A DNA stretch of 64,000 nt from the NCBI GenBank assembly GCA_032718475.1, contig JAUCBJ010008562.1:64484-128483 (forward strand). The letters run 5' to 3'. The translations under genes and the position numbers were made by a program. Positions 1-12,573 of this stretch are shown here, in pieces. Under the pieces are notes generated by a model. It was not told the origin of the DNA. It worked only from the letters and a program-made list of their open reading frames with translations, and did not search any database. This stretch comes from Nemertoderma westbladi (lineage: Eukaryota > Animalia > Xenacoelomorpha). Every line of letters starts with the position of its first letter. Within the stretch, counting starts at the first letter, position 1.

Positions 1-162
1 TTTATGCACGATAATATCCTGTTTTCATGGAGCGGTATAGAATTATACTCTCTAAATGCCGTGGATTTTCAAAATTTTATTTTATTCGAATTAACTTTGC
101 TAAAGATTACATTAAGTCCTCATTTGTATTTGCTATATCTATTTGTACGATGATTAGTCAAG

Positions 163-237
163 TGGTTCAGTAGCTCAGTCGGTAGAGCGTTGGAAATTAT
201 ATGTAGTGTGTATTGAGTTCGAATCCTAGTAGGTGCG
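163..237 (+). other. tRNA-derived sequence with Pol III A and B boxes (SINE head or tRNA pseudogene)
   Basis: A box TAGCTCAGTCGG at 171-182 followed by TAGAGCG; B box GAGTTCGAATCC at 215-226. The anticodon arm and acceptor stem are not intact, so this is not a functional tRNA. Confidence 0.55.
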
Positions 238-310
238 AATTATTTTTTGTGCAAAATTTCAACTCATTTAAATTGACCGCTACAAATTAATTGCATTTGC
301 TCGAAGTAAG

Positions 311-680
311 GTTAACCAATGAGACTGTAGTTATTAGATTGCAACCAATGTCGTACAAGTTATATATTTGCTGGACCAATAGCTATCTTTAAAACCCTGT
401 TAGAACCTATAGAACAATCGAGAATTTTCTCGATTGATTGCGGCACAAATTTGGTATAAAAGGTGCGATTTCGTTCATTAGTTCACTTCCTCTTCACACA
501 CTTCAATCACTATTACTTCTCAGTCTTGCGATTCATTCTATTCTGTTTATTGTATAATAGTTATTGTTTGATTTTGTAATAAAAGTTAGAAATACTTGTC
601 ACATCTGCCCTTTTCTATCTGTTTTACTATGCTTCACCACGGTGAACCCAACTAAGGGACAGGATGGCTGGCTAGACATC
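311..680 (+). promoter_or_regulatory. LTR-like Pol II promoter and polyadenylation module
   Basis: Three CCAAT boxes (316, 345, 376; ~30 bp spacing), TATAAAAG at 455-462, a pyrimidine-rich start region and AATAAA at 578-583. This is U3-R-U5 order. No partner LTR is in the window. Confidence 0.45.
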
Positions 681-2204
681 GGGCCACAGCAATGAACGGG
701 AACATCTAAGGAATGTAGACAGGAGACAACCCGCAATATCACTCTTAGTTATTCGCCCATCGCCTGAAAGGTTAGACAGCGTTCGATGCCTTGCTACCTA
801 AGTATAAGACCAAAGATCGAAGGTAGAGGTAGTGACACGCTGTATGCCTAAAATTACATCTAGGGACTGTACTGTTTTAATTCAGGAAAAAACCGCAGTA
901 GACCTTCATATTCCTACGGGGGGGGGGGGGGGGAGAGCAGGCAGAGATACTAGTACGCAGATAGGACGTAGGCACACCGGTACAAAGCATACACATTGGT
1001 ACGGGTGCAGCAAACTGTACGCCTAACTCTTGCTAAGTACAGGTGCGTCTGTGACTATTTGTAGTACAACGGTGTCCATTGCATTAGAACTTGTAGGCCA
1101 GGAGGGTTACTGTGTTTCACCTGAATTAGGATTGTACCGTTCAGGCGGTAGGGCAGTTTACGACTAGGCGCAAATAAATTGAGGCTATTTAGGGATACTA
1201 ACATCTACCGTGTCCCCGCCGACATCCTGATAGGAAGTTACCAAGCCCACCTAGGTAACCAAAATTCTAGATAGGACGCCAGGCTAGCTATTAGTAACCG
1301 TACGCCTACTGTAGTAAACTAACACATTTCTTCTTAGTATTAGGGACCTGGTAAATTAAAATTGCCGAATTCTGGGCGTTGCATTAACCTTATGCCTGAA
1401 TTTGAGTCCTGGAAATACGCAAGAGGGGAAGGAGCCTTATCATTCGTGAGTATTGGCCCTACAAGTTACAAAATTAGAATATTCGTAAAATGCACACCGT
1501 ACCCAGTAATTATATATATGAAGGAGCAAAACTGATCTTGACGGTTCAGAATTAACACACGCGAGTTAGAAATTATTTACACCTCAAAATATTTAAAATT
1601 AACTTTTGTCCGTACTGCGCTTTGCCCGCTAGTTAGACATCTCCAAATCTCTGCACCTAGCTAGCGTCCTTTTCGCCCAACCATATAAATCACACCGCGG
1701 CAAAGTATACGAGCCCCTTAGTCCGTCAGTGAGTCAGCCTGATTTTAGGATTCGCTGCGCGGGATTTTGTTTTATCGAAGTCTGTCTGTTCGTAGACTGT
1801 TTTCTGCCTCACCGGTTATAAGGGACCGATACTGCAATATATTCGCTTACTTGGAGTTTACTGTTTTGGTGAGAAGGTCGGATTTATGATTTGATTCACA
1901 AACTTTACAGTAAGATATTGCAGGTATTGTTACTGTCTCTTCCATATACTATTCTTATTCTAATTTTTATTTTGATTTAATTTCAATCCTACTACCTTAC
2001 TGTTTCCTATTACTTGCTACTGCCTATGGATTATTCTATCTCCTAATCCACATTCTGGCCTACTCTGTGGGACTGTGCAGTACAGCAGTATATGTCGCGC
2101 GGCCTACACGATCTATCCAACTGTACTCATATGCCCCCCTCTCGCTACTAACTCCTAACTAATATCTATATCTTATATACCCCTTTTACCTCTTACTCTC
2201 TCTC

Positions 2205-2870
2205 TTCTAACTAACGGTACTACGTACCCTCTAACTCTCCTCTAACTAACGGTACTACGTACCCTCTAACTCTCCTCTAACTAACGGTACTACGTACCCT
2301 CTAACTCTCTAACTAACTAGCGGTACTACGTACCCTCTAACTAACTCTCTAACTGACTAGCGGTACTACGTACCCTCTAACTAACTCTCTAACTAACTAG
2401 CGGTACTACGTACCCTCTAACTAACTCTCTAACTGACTAGCGGTACTACGTACCCTCTAACTAACTCTCTAACTAACGGTACTACGTACCCTCTAACTTT
2501 CTAACTAACGGTACTACGTACCCTCTAACTCTCCTCTAACTAACGGTACTACGTACCCTCTAACTCTCTAACTAACTAACAGTACTACGTACCCTCTAAC
2601 TAACTCTCTAACTGACTAGCGGTACTACGTACCCTCTAACTAACTCTCTAACTAACTAGCGGTACTACGTACCCTCTAACTAACTCTCTAACTGACTAGC
2701 GGTACTACGTACCCTCTAACTAACTCTCTAACTAACTAGCGGTACTACGTACCCTCTAACTAACTCTCTAACTGACTAGCGGTACTACGTACCCTCTAAC
2801 TAACTCTCTAACTAACGGTACTACGTACCTCCTAACTAATTAACTAACTAGGTACTACGTACCTCTTAAC
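2205..2870. repeat. Tandem array of 18 units (32-40 bp), each with a GGTAC-TAC-GTACC hairpin core and CTAA-rich linkers
   Basis: GTACTACGTACC counted 18 times between 2217 and 2864; linkers are variants of CTCTAACTAACTCTCTAACT(A/G)ACTAGC. Lies 3' of the element A ORF. Confidence 0.95.
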
Positions 2871-3069
2871 TAACTTCTGCCTACTAACTGCGTACCTACT
2901 ATGTACTTATTATTTTGTTTTCTATTTTTTTTTTTTATTTTTATGTGTGGGAAGGGCGTCTCGCCCTCAATCCCACCCCCCTCAGTCCAAATCTTGGACG
3001 ACTAAACTCTTCCCTAACTCCACTAAGGTGCTCCTTCTAGCAGACAGGTAACACCTCTGCCCGCACCTT

Positions 3070-6000
3070 TTACGGATCTAACTCTTCCATCCCAGTCCAA
3101 CCTGTTGGACAACTCAGCGACCCAAGGGGTGATTCCTCCAGCAGGCAACTCTCCCACTGCCCCCCTATAGGTTCTCTAATTCTTCGCTCCGCTCTTCTTG
3201 TCAATTCGATAGGTAGTCTTTTCTCCTGTTTTTGGAAATGCTGTCTGCTATTTATGTTTCTGATCTCGTGGTCGTCCCTTGGCGGCAAAGTGCCACCCTT
3301 CAACGTGTCACCCGGCGGTATAATGCCGCCCCTGTTCTTCTCCTTAATCTTAGATGCCACCTCTGCTGGCCTCCCCCTTAATATGTGTGCTGGCATTAAA
3401 GGCCTCGACGACCCCCGTTCGTCCTTCGGTATACACGGTCTCTGCCCATGTAATGCCCCTTCACACTCTGTCAGTCCCGCGTGCGTATGCAGCACGCCTC
3501 CTACTTTCCCGGATCCTTTGTCCATCACACGCCCACCCACGGGCTTCTCTGCCCCTGGTCTGATCGTCTCAAGTCTTCTCCCTTTCCATTTAGTCCTCCT
3601 GCTCAGCCTCCCCCTTGTCGGCATGCCTCCCAACCGGACCGGCATCTCTTCCGGACACTCCTCCTGCCTGTCCCCCGGAAATTTTGCCGTCCGCTCCTCT
3701 CCATCTCCATACCGATGCTTGCTGGGACTCTTGTTCCAACCCATCGTCTCTAGATCTTCTGCATCCATGCCATTCTCCTCCGCCCACTCTCGTGGTGTTG
3801 CTTCCACTTCTAGCTGTCTACCACTATTGCCCATCTCTGGCCTCTCCTCTATCTCGTCGACAGTTCCTGGCACCATGCATCCTGAACTCTCAGACGCATG
3901 GAATGGTATATTACTCTTAATTGGGCCTGTCAGTGTCCACCCGAATGGTGTTAATATCGCCACCGGGTCACACTGCTTGTCTTCGCCGAAGACCGTTTGC
4001 ATTCTTTCGTGGGCCGTTGGGCAGTCCATCCCTACTATGATGGATACCTTCCTAACGTCCACGTCTGGGATTGAGAAGTCAATGTCGTCCAGGAATTTAT
4101 ACTGCTCGACCTCGATGTTGGTTGGCCGCCTGGCATTGATATTAATTGACTCTATCACTTGGATGGGGTCGATGGTTGCCCCATAGTCGCATCCTGGTGC
4201 CACTGCTGCAATTGCGCACCGTCCTGTTCTCATCTCCAGGATCTCATCTTTGCTAGAGATGGTTGTTACCGCCATTCTGCTTGGCCTCGTTCTCAATCCT
4301 ATCTCTTCGGCCACCCATTCCTCGACTAATGTGAAGGCAGCTCCACTGTCAACCAGCATTAGTGTTGTTACTGATCGATTGCCTTCCCCAATCACTCGTA
4401 CGGGTACTACTCCAAGTAACACCGTTCCTCTCTTCTTCGCCCCTACTGTGCTCGTTGCCATCGTTTGGCCTCTCCTCTGACCGAACTTTACCGGCTTCTC
4501 TTTGCATTCCCTAGCTCTATGTCCACTCATCACACACCGTGAGCAGATTTTATTGCTCAACGCGTAATCTATCTGATCTTGCCTAGGTAGCGCCTGCCAG
4601 TACCTGCAGTTCATGGTTTGATGAAGCGCATTTGCGTGTAGCTGGCATTTGCTCTTTGGGTCGTAGCCCTCCTTATACAGCGCATTGCGTATCGCAGTTG
4701 CATTTGTACCAAAGTCCCTACTATTCTTATTGTTTGGATTCGGCCTACTGGATGTACTGGGGTTATATTTATATGTGTTGTTATTGTTCCCCTGTCCGTT
4801 CCATGGTGTGATCTCATCTTCGGCTAGCTGTGGACTTGCAGTCCCCTGCGTCGCTGCGTATGGCAATGATTGCCTGAGCCTCGGTAATGTGTTTGATGTA
4901 TTGTGCTCTGGCTTCGGTCTATGGTAATCCGTCTTCGGTCCCTTTCCCAGGCTATCTTCGCTATAGACTGGGTCAGTTATTAGTTCAGCCTCGTAGTTTA
5001 AGAAGTTTGACATTTCTTCTAAACCCGGTTCCGCACCCTTCTTATCTCGAGTGGAGAAAGCGATCTTCCTCCACTTGTTGCGCAGCCAGTTCGGTAGTGC
5101 CTGCGCTATCGTTGTGATGTTGTTGGACGTGTTGAGCTCGTATGGCGCGTCTAGCGTCTTCAGCACGATTAGCGCCTTTTCAACTTTGTTAGCAAATGTC
5201 TTAATGCTAACAGGATTATCCTGTAGGCCACCCGATGTTATGCCCCTCAGTGTCTGTCTGATGATCTTGGCCGGGTGCCCGTATTCCCTGTCCAGTGCCC
5301 GCCATGCTCTGTCGTGAAGCCGCCCTCTATTCCTTGATATTGCCTCACGATATTGTATGCTGGGCCTCCCGTGTATACTTGCAGATACTTTAGGCACTCC
5401 ACCTGCGTCAAGTTCTTTGTTAGTATTTCGTTACTATACATGCGCCGAAACTGTAAATATTCTTCCGGCCTACTCCCATCGAATTTGAATGGTTCCACGG
5501 GTGGTAACTCGATCCTCGTTTTCAATGCATCGATCAACGTGGCCATCCCCATCGCCTGCGCTTCCAATGGATTCGATGGGTGCTGCATAGTTTCTCCTGT
5601 CTGGTGCGGTTCGTCCGTCCTATTTCTTGACTTTCTTTGACTTGGGTATGTCATCGGGGGTAGCGGCCCCCTCCATATTTCTGTGTCACACGACCTATTC
5701 TCATCCAAGGGTCTCGTTGTTCTTGCTCCTATCGGGGTATATTGTTGATATTGTGATGGGGAATGTCACCCTGTCCCCCCCCCCCCCCACCGGTATGTTT
5801 GGTACTGGGGTTGATGTTAATATATTGGGGCCCATACACCTATCCGCAATAATTCCCCCCTCCCCTGGGTATATGTTATGTCCCTGCATGCTGTAGTCAT
5901 ACTGCTGTACTGGTACCGGTATAGGCCTATCAGCTTCTGGCCTACTCGCCGGTATGTATTCCGCGACTTCCGGGTTTAATCCCGTTGTCCACGCTATCCT

Positions 6001-9000
6001 ATCGCCTACATTGCCTCTCTCAGTATGGCCTATGGTATGTGCAGTAAGGCCTACAGTATGTCCTACAGTCTGCATGTGTCGCTCGGGATCGAAGTTTATT
6101 CTTCTCGAATAGTCCTCCCCGCGGCTACCGTATTCTCGATCGGTAGGTATATTCCGTCGGAAAGTTTCTCTTCGACCCCCCTCTCTACTGTTCTCATCTT
6201 CGTACCGGTACATCGCGTACCCCTCTCTCGGCGCGTAGTGCGCCTCGCCGGGTCGCATCTCTCCGGAGCGACGGCAATCTCCCGGAGTCCGACCCCACTG
6301 ACTCTCTGTTCTCATCTCGACTACCGACGGCTCGCTATCCATCCTCGCTCTTCTATCGTTCGCGGCGATACTTCTACTACTGTCTTCTCTTCTTCTCCTT
6401 TCAGTGGAGTATTCCCGCTCGTGAGATCTCTCGTCGACCTCCCGGGTAAATCCCACTGTTCTTCTTCCCTCTTCTGATCGGGCTCGACGCTTCGTCCGCC
6501 CTCTCACGACGTCAACCTCTCTCTCTATGCTCGGTCGCACCCCGCTGGGGATACTCGCAATCCCCCTATTACTCTCCGTCGCCGGGTGTTGCGGTTTACC
6601 TATTTCGGCCCGCGCATTATCCGCTGACGGCTGTGGGACACTCTCTGCCCCCCCCCCCTTTTCGCCGCTAACTCGCTGTTGTGGGGCCCCTGTAGCCCCC
6701 CCCCACTCGCCACGTCTAACTTCGCTATCCCTCACCCCGCTACTATATCCCTCTCTAGTCGACACATCAACCCTACCGCGGTCGGGTCTATTCACCCCCG
6801 CCTCTCCCTCTGCTATTGCGTGGCCTACCAGGCCTTCTGCTCCCTGCCTACCAGTTATGTGGCCTACCAGGCCCTCGCTGGGTCTATCCAACCCAGCCAC
6901 TCCCTGCCTACCAACTACGTGGCCTACCAGGCCCTCGCCGGGTCTACCTAACCCAGCTACTCCCTGCCTACCAACTATGTGGCCTACCAGGCCATCGCTG
7001 GGTCTATTCAACCCAGCCACTCCCTGCCTACCAACTACGTGGCCTACCAGGCCCTCGCTGGGTCTATCCAACCCAGCCACTCCCTGCCTACCAACTACAT
7101 GGCCTACCAGGCCCTCGTCGGGTCTACCTAACCCAGCCACTTCCGGCCTACTAACTCTACGACCTACCAGGCCCTCGTCTGTCTGGCCATACACGCCCGA
7201 CGTGTTTACGTTAATAGCACCCATATCGGAAACGGAATCAATTTGTTCGTTCGAAACAAAATCATTTGAATTACTTTGCGCGACTACACTATTTGAATTA
7301 TTTTGTAAATTCGGGCTCGGATCATTATTTAAATTATTTGGATTATTTTGTGTAATTGCGTTACTTAAATTATTTTGTAGGTTCGAATTTGGGTTATTAT
7401 TTTGATTATTTGGATTATTTTGTGTAGCTACATTAATATTAGAATTATTTTCTACATTAATATTAGGATTGTTCTGATTTAAATTTAAATTACTATCACT
7501 AGGCAAAGTATTTCCTGCAATAAAGGTTTGATTAGAATTATCCCATACGGTACTATTAATATTAACCACGTCTACTGTACCATTATCATTATTACCCCCC
7601 CCCCCCCGCCCGTACGGTCACACCAGTTTTGGGTCTGTCGTGCGGTCCCTGTAAGTGGGGTATTAATAAATGTATCCACGGCCCCTGGCTCCCCTAAAAT
7701 ACTCGAGCCAGTCTCGCTCTCAGACGCCGCCGCCCGCACCAGTTGCAGCTCGTGCGTGCGTCTAATCCTATGTTCCGCTAGCTCACTTTGGCGTCTCTTT
7801 AATTCCTTATGTTCTCGCTCAGCTTCTACCATTCTCCTCTCACACTCCCGCGCGTCCCGCTCAGCCAACTCTGCTACTCTCCTAGCGCTCTCCCTTCGCC
7901 TCGCTTCACGCTCCTTGCGTTCACTTTCCCGTCTCGCCTCACGCTCCTTGCGTTCCTTTTCCTCTCTCGCCTCACGCTCCGTACACTTTCTTTCCTCTAT
8001 TTCATCACACTCCCTAAGGCCTCTCAAAGCCCTTTCAGCCCTCTCTCCAGTTTCTCTAATCAATGTCGCTTCCCTCTCTAGCCGCATTCTCCCCTCCTCT
8101 AGCTGTTTATCCATTTCCCTCTGCCCTTGCTTTATCAGGTCGAGACGGCACGCGGCACCTATCTCCCTCACCAGTCTTTCTTTTACGGAGGATGTAGCAG
8201 ACTTATCGGTTGTGACGGATTCCCTCCGCCTTCCCATCCTACTAACTTTCCCCCGCCTCCCGGAACTTCCTCCGACCGACGAGGCCGAATCCTCGGGGTT
8301 AACCTCGGATTTGCCCCCTTCAGGTCCCCTCCAACCCACTAATTTTACTCCCCGGGCATTGACCAAGTATGGCCCTATGTACACTGACACTACGCTAGGT
8401 TCCATACTCCCACATTCCCATAGTTCAAACAGTTCGCTGGCAACCCCTTTTGCTCTCTCCTCGGCCAATTCTCTCTGCCCGAAGCGCATTAGATAATATA
8501 AATGTCTGTCCGACTTACCTAGTCCTGACTTTAGTTTTACCTCGTCTATTGTTTTCCCCTTCCTGGCCTCCTCTAGTAGTCTCCGGGTCGCGTTGTAGGC
8601 CCGTCGAAGTCGATCGGAGACCCCGACGTCCTCGTCGCCGACCTCTCCTCCGTCTCTCCGGGTTCGACGTCGTACCGTCGGCCCCACCGTCGCCGTTCCG
8701 GTGGGCCGACCGTCGCCCTCGGCCTGTGCCTGGCCAGCGACATCGGTATCGACATCTCCGTCGTCTCTCCGGGTCCGGCGTCGTACCGTCGGCCCCACTG
8801 TCGCCGTCTCGGTGGACCGGCCGTCTTCCTCGACCTGTGGCTGGCCCGCGACATCGGTACCGACGTCCGTGTCTCGTGTCGACTCGTCTCCGTCTCCCTC
8901 CGTCTCGCTCTCTCCTCCTCTCGGCTCGACCTCAGGTTCCAGGCGGCCCCCCTCATCCTCAGCTGCCGGATGACCCGTTACCGATGGGTCCGGCGTTGTG

Positions 9001-9086
9001 GGCCTGTAACGCCTGGTTGCGGCCTCGCGGATCGTTAGTTCTTCGTCCGGGGTCCGCGTCGGTGTCGTCTCACCTGACTGACTCAT
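3070..9086 (-). pseudogene. gag: Giant Gag-PR polyprotein (~2,000 codons) split by three frameshifts (ORFs 7572-9086, 5701-7569, 5247-5708, 3070-5397)
   Basis: The four ORFs abut and read through after small indels near 7595-7607 (C13 run), ~5760 and ~5320. Order: acidic/coiled-coil N-terminus, Asn-rich tract, 20-aa repeats, then gag core and protease. Confidence 0.7.
6816..7180 (-). repeat. 60-bp coding tandem repeat (about 6 copies; EGLVGHVVGRQGVAGLxRPS)
   Basis: Lines 6841-7140 repeat with a 60-bp period (tccctgcctaccaactac...acccagccac). Confidence 0.95.
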
Positions 9087-9228
9087 CTTCTTTACCTCTA
9101 GATTGGTGGCTGGTAGTCGCTGTTTATCTAGGGCGGCAGCTGGTTTTAGTTACTGTTACAGTTTAACTAGGGCGGCAGCTCGATTTAGTTACTGTGACGG
9201 GATCCAGGAGGGATCCCGGTTTATCCGG

Positions 9229-9732
9229 TGTTAGTTCACGCCTCCCCGCCGTGTGTGAAGAGTAAATGAAAATGAGTAAATGAGTTCGCGTCCTTCGTTG
9301 TATATAATGATCGGTATAAAGATATAGATATAGGTTGTTGTACACGGAAGGCGGGATATGGTAACTAAAGTCCCGGTCCTTCCCTAGCTAAACTATCTAA
9401 CCTAAACTAGCACCAATACTGCACTGAGATAACTGAACTGATATGATTACTGCCAAGTGGCTATATTGCACGGTTGGCCTTGTTACTCTACCTAATCGAT
9501 GCCTTTCCCCCCTCTGATTGGTTGATACCCTTGTTGGCGCCCTTTGGAGTGTTCCCGTTCACTCCACCTGTTCTCTCTGGGTTAGGGGTTTGGCCCCTGA
9601 CCCTCACTGTGTGCTTCTCCTTCCCATTCTTATTGGGGTGGCACGAGTTGGTTGATTACCCAATCTCGTGGCCCCCAATATTGCTTATCGGCTTAACTTT
9701 ATGGGGTGTTAGCGGGATTGAATAAGCTAACA
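9229..9732 (-). repeat. Putative 5' LTR of element A (~504 bp)
   Basis: Terminal inverted repeat TGTTAG...CTAACA; minus-strand CCAAT boxes; sits just upstream of the gag ATG at 9086. Only a partial BEL-type PBS remnant (CCGGAT) follows. Confidence 0.55.
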
Positions 9733-10160
9733 TTTTACATACTAGTTATAAATGCAGAGTTCAATGAGTCAGTATGTCGGTAGGTGCCGAGATAATAGAT
9801 TTACGTTCATGTAATCAAAGCCATCAGATGTTTAGGCCAAAGTCTGAAACTTCCAAAACAGAAGCACAGAAGAATTCTAAGCCGGTTCTCTGGCTCAGAA
9901 AGGTAAACAAAGACCGTAATGCATTGCGCGGTTTTCTGTAGGCCTCTGTCAGAAATAAAGTGAAAATCGCTCTGATTGGCTGAGCAGAACAAAGAGATTC
10001 CACGTCTACAGGAAACCAGCTGACAGATTTCGTCATCTAAGCTCCAATCCTTTAGAGTATTATGCGCATTGCGGCAAAAATGACTTGTTATGTCCGCTAA
10101 AGCACCTACACCGTGCATTGCGGGGAAAAATGACTTGTTATGTCCGCAAAAGCTTTTACA
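9733..10160 (-). repeat. LTR family B, copy 1 (3' LTR position)
   Basis: About 97% identical to 31523-31950 (~11 substitutions by eye); two ~53-bp U3-type repeats; purine tract GGGAGCGG directly upstream on the minus strand. The terminal TG is replaced by the end of LTR-A. Confidence 0.85.
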
Positions 10161-10238
10161 CCGCTCCCAGAAAATGGGATTTGAGTCTATTAAAATATAA
10201 AAATAACAGTTTCTAAAATATAAAAATACTCTAAACGA

Positions 10239-12438
10239 TTAGTCCTTCTTACGTGAACGGCGTTTACGAAGTTTTTTGAGGCTAGCAAGAGTCCTTTTCT
10301 CTTTGGGGCGAGCCACTTTACTAGGAGGGCTATAACTCCTGGGTGAGGGGTGCAATACGATTGCATTGGAAGGTTTAGGGTTACGGTCCGTGTATCCGCC
10401 GGTCGAGGTACCCGATTGATCGATATCAACCTCAGTGGAACGAGGTCGAATAACCTTGAGAGCGCGTTTCAAGACAGCAGCCCTTACTGGTCCCTGACGT
10501 GTCGTTTGCACGAGAGCGGTAGGTGGACCGTGAGTAGTGAGAAATTTCCTCGGTTTGATGGTTCTTTCTAACTCGCGTTCTCGGGCTCTATATTCATAGG
10601 GTCGTCTATGAACTTCTTGTAGTTCAAGTTGCGAGTTTATGAACAAGTCACCGCGGGATTTATCAATGGTAGAAACTTTAAACTGTATGTAGAATCTTCT
10701 GGTTTCACCATATAATATTGAGTTAAATTGACATAATAAGGGTGGTCTTTGATTCCATAAAATGAGTTCGGTAAAGGTCTAGCGTGTAGGTTGACCTCGT
10801 GTACCATACGACGGACAAGATCCGCTCGATTGTCCGGAGGTTCAACGAGTATACCATCGACACGAGCGGCTTCGATTGGCGGACGTTGTAACATAGGAGC
10901 ATCAGCGATAAGATCTCGAGATCTTAACGCTCGAGAGTTTGTCTCCGAAATGGGGAACCATCGAGGGATGAATGATGGTTTTGGAATAGAGATCAGTCAT
11001 AAGGATTTGAGCTTCTGGTTGGGCTAAAGCTGCTTCTTCTCTCTCATCCATTTCGATGTGCTTCTCCTCGAGCTGATTTTCCTCCGCTTGTCGTTGGAAG
11101 CGTTCGTCCAAAAACTCTTGCAGAGAATAGGTTCGTCCAAGTTCGAGGTCTTCCTCGAGGTTCTGGATTTCTCGATCGAACTGGGGTAAGGCCAATTCCT
11201 TTACTGCTTGGACTTGTTGCTGCAATTTACGTTTATCTAAACAATCGTAAGTTCCTTTTCCGATCTTTTGCCGAATAGCGTCTAACGCGTTTCGTACAAC
11301 GCTCTCCTCCACCTCAGTGACGGGTTGTATCGGGGTTAAACCAGGACGATTATATGGGTTGAACGGCGATATTAAATGTCCGTGTCCCAATCCGGCTAGG
11401 TAGGATGGGCGAATATCTAGAGAGCCCACTACCGGAGTGCCTCCGATTAATTTTTCGGGTAACACTAGATCTTTGAACAGTGAGTACAGTTCGGGAGGAT
11501 CCGTAATACTATTAGGATCAAGAGTCTGAGGTCTCACTAGAGAATGAGGAGGTCTGACCGAGTATTCCGGAACTCTGATCATAGGTTTATTTAAGGATCG
11601 ATTGAGTCGAGCGAGCATAGGTGACACATCGAACAAGTTTCGCTCGAAACTCCCGTAAGTATAGCGAGTAAAACTGTGTTTAGCGCAACGTCTCCACGGA
11701 TGTTTATGTCTTTCCGTTTGTTGGTTGGGTCTAGGGCATTCATCGCAATAATACCAAAGACGCACTTCTTGTAGGGGAAACGCGGGTGATCTTTCTCCAG
11801 TTTTACAATATTACTCCATCTGTTCGAAGCTATCCGGTACAACAGGTAGCGGTCGATCGGCGGTAAGATACATCATAGTAAAATAGAGTCGTTTGAGTTC
11901 TTATCATAGGGTCAGGAAGTATACCTTGCATAGGGAAGGAATGTATACCTTGAGGATATCGAGTTTCTAGGTTTTGTTGACTGGCTACATTGAGATATGT
12001 TTCTCTCAAGAATTCCAAATAGTCGTTGAAGTCACTACGTTTATCCGGCTCTTCAACGTCTTCTCTTTCGAGTTGGTTTCGAATATAATTTTTGTGTTTG
12101 ATTCTCAGTTTATCGTTCCGACTCCGCTGGGTATGATATTTAAAAAGGATCATTTCCCTTTCGGTGTTTACATCGTCCGTATCGTGTAAATCGATAGGAT
12201 GGCCAGTAGTTAAGAAGTCCATATACGTACCATTACGATGCGTTTAGCGAGCGGTGAATTTTCTATAGTCCAATTCACGCGTGAGCTGTTCCTTTGACAT
12301 TGGCGGTTCGATATAACGGCCATCGTCCTCCGTAGTGGGTTGACTAGCGTCGCCGCGTATTAAACTATCAACAAACGCTTGCAATGGTAGGGTATATCGC
12401 TCCCTGATACCAAGATCATCTTCTATCAACTCAGTCAT
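10239..12438 (-). pseudogene. Frameshifted ORF of unknown function (~730 codons) inside LTR unit B
   Basis: Abutting ORFs 12244-12438, 11830-12222, 11591-11842/10902-11765, 10637-10894 and 10239-10646 tile the whole internal region. Features: a Cys/His cluster (CDEC...HKH...CAKH), an acidic coiled coil and a basic C-terminus KKLRKRRSRKKD. No gag or pol motifs. Confidence 0.6.
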
Positions 12439-12555
12439 AGCTGCTATATGAGTTTATCGATATTATAATTAATTATAATTAGGCTAGCGGTCGTCGAGGC
12501 CTCCCCCTCAATGCCCCCGGACAGCACAAGCTCCTCAGCGCTGATGTACTGTCGC

Positions 12556-12572
12556 CGCTGTGTCTCTCGCCA
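12556..12572 (-). other. Putative primer-binding site of unit B (TGGCGAGAG...)
   Basis: TGG begins 1 nt after an LTR-like end (...CTACTACA) on the minus strand. Confidence 0.5.
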
Positions 12573-12573
12573 A

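Larger units (their letters stand above)
3070..9732 (-). mobile_element. Element A: non-autonomous BEL/Pao LTR retrotransposon (gag-protease only; 3' LTR not found in window)
   Basis: BEL gag core (IELPPVEPFKFDG...LKYLQVYTGG, DUF1759-like), Zn knuckle CSRCVMSGHRAREC, aspartic protease LVDSGA, BEL post-protease motif TPFGWTLTGP. No RT, RNase H or integrase motifs follow. Confidence 0.8.

Noticed and set aside
163-237. Functional tRNA gene
   Set aside because: The anticodon arm and acceptor stem do not pair; only the promoter boxes survive.
2205-2870. CRISPR-like array (palindromic repeat with regular spacing)
   Set aside because: The spacers are near-identical CTAA-rich sequence rather than unique, there are no cas genes, and the context is eukaryotic.
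3254-9166. Long plus-strand ORFs (310, 292, 322, 238 aa)
   Set aside because: Antisense shadows of the GC-rich, repetitive gag frame; no independent motifs.
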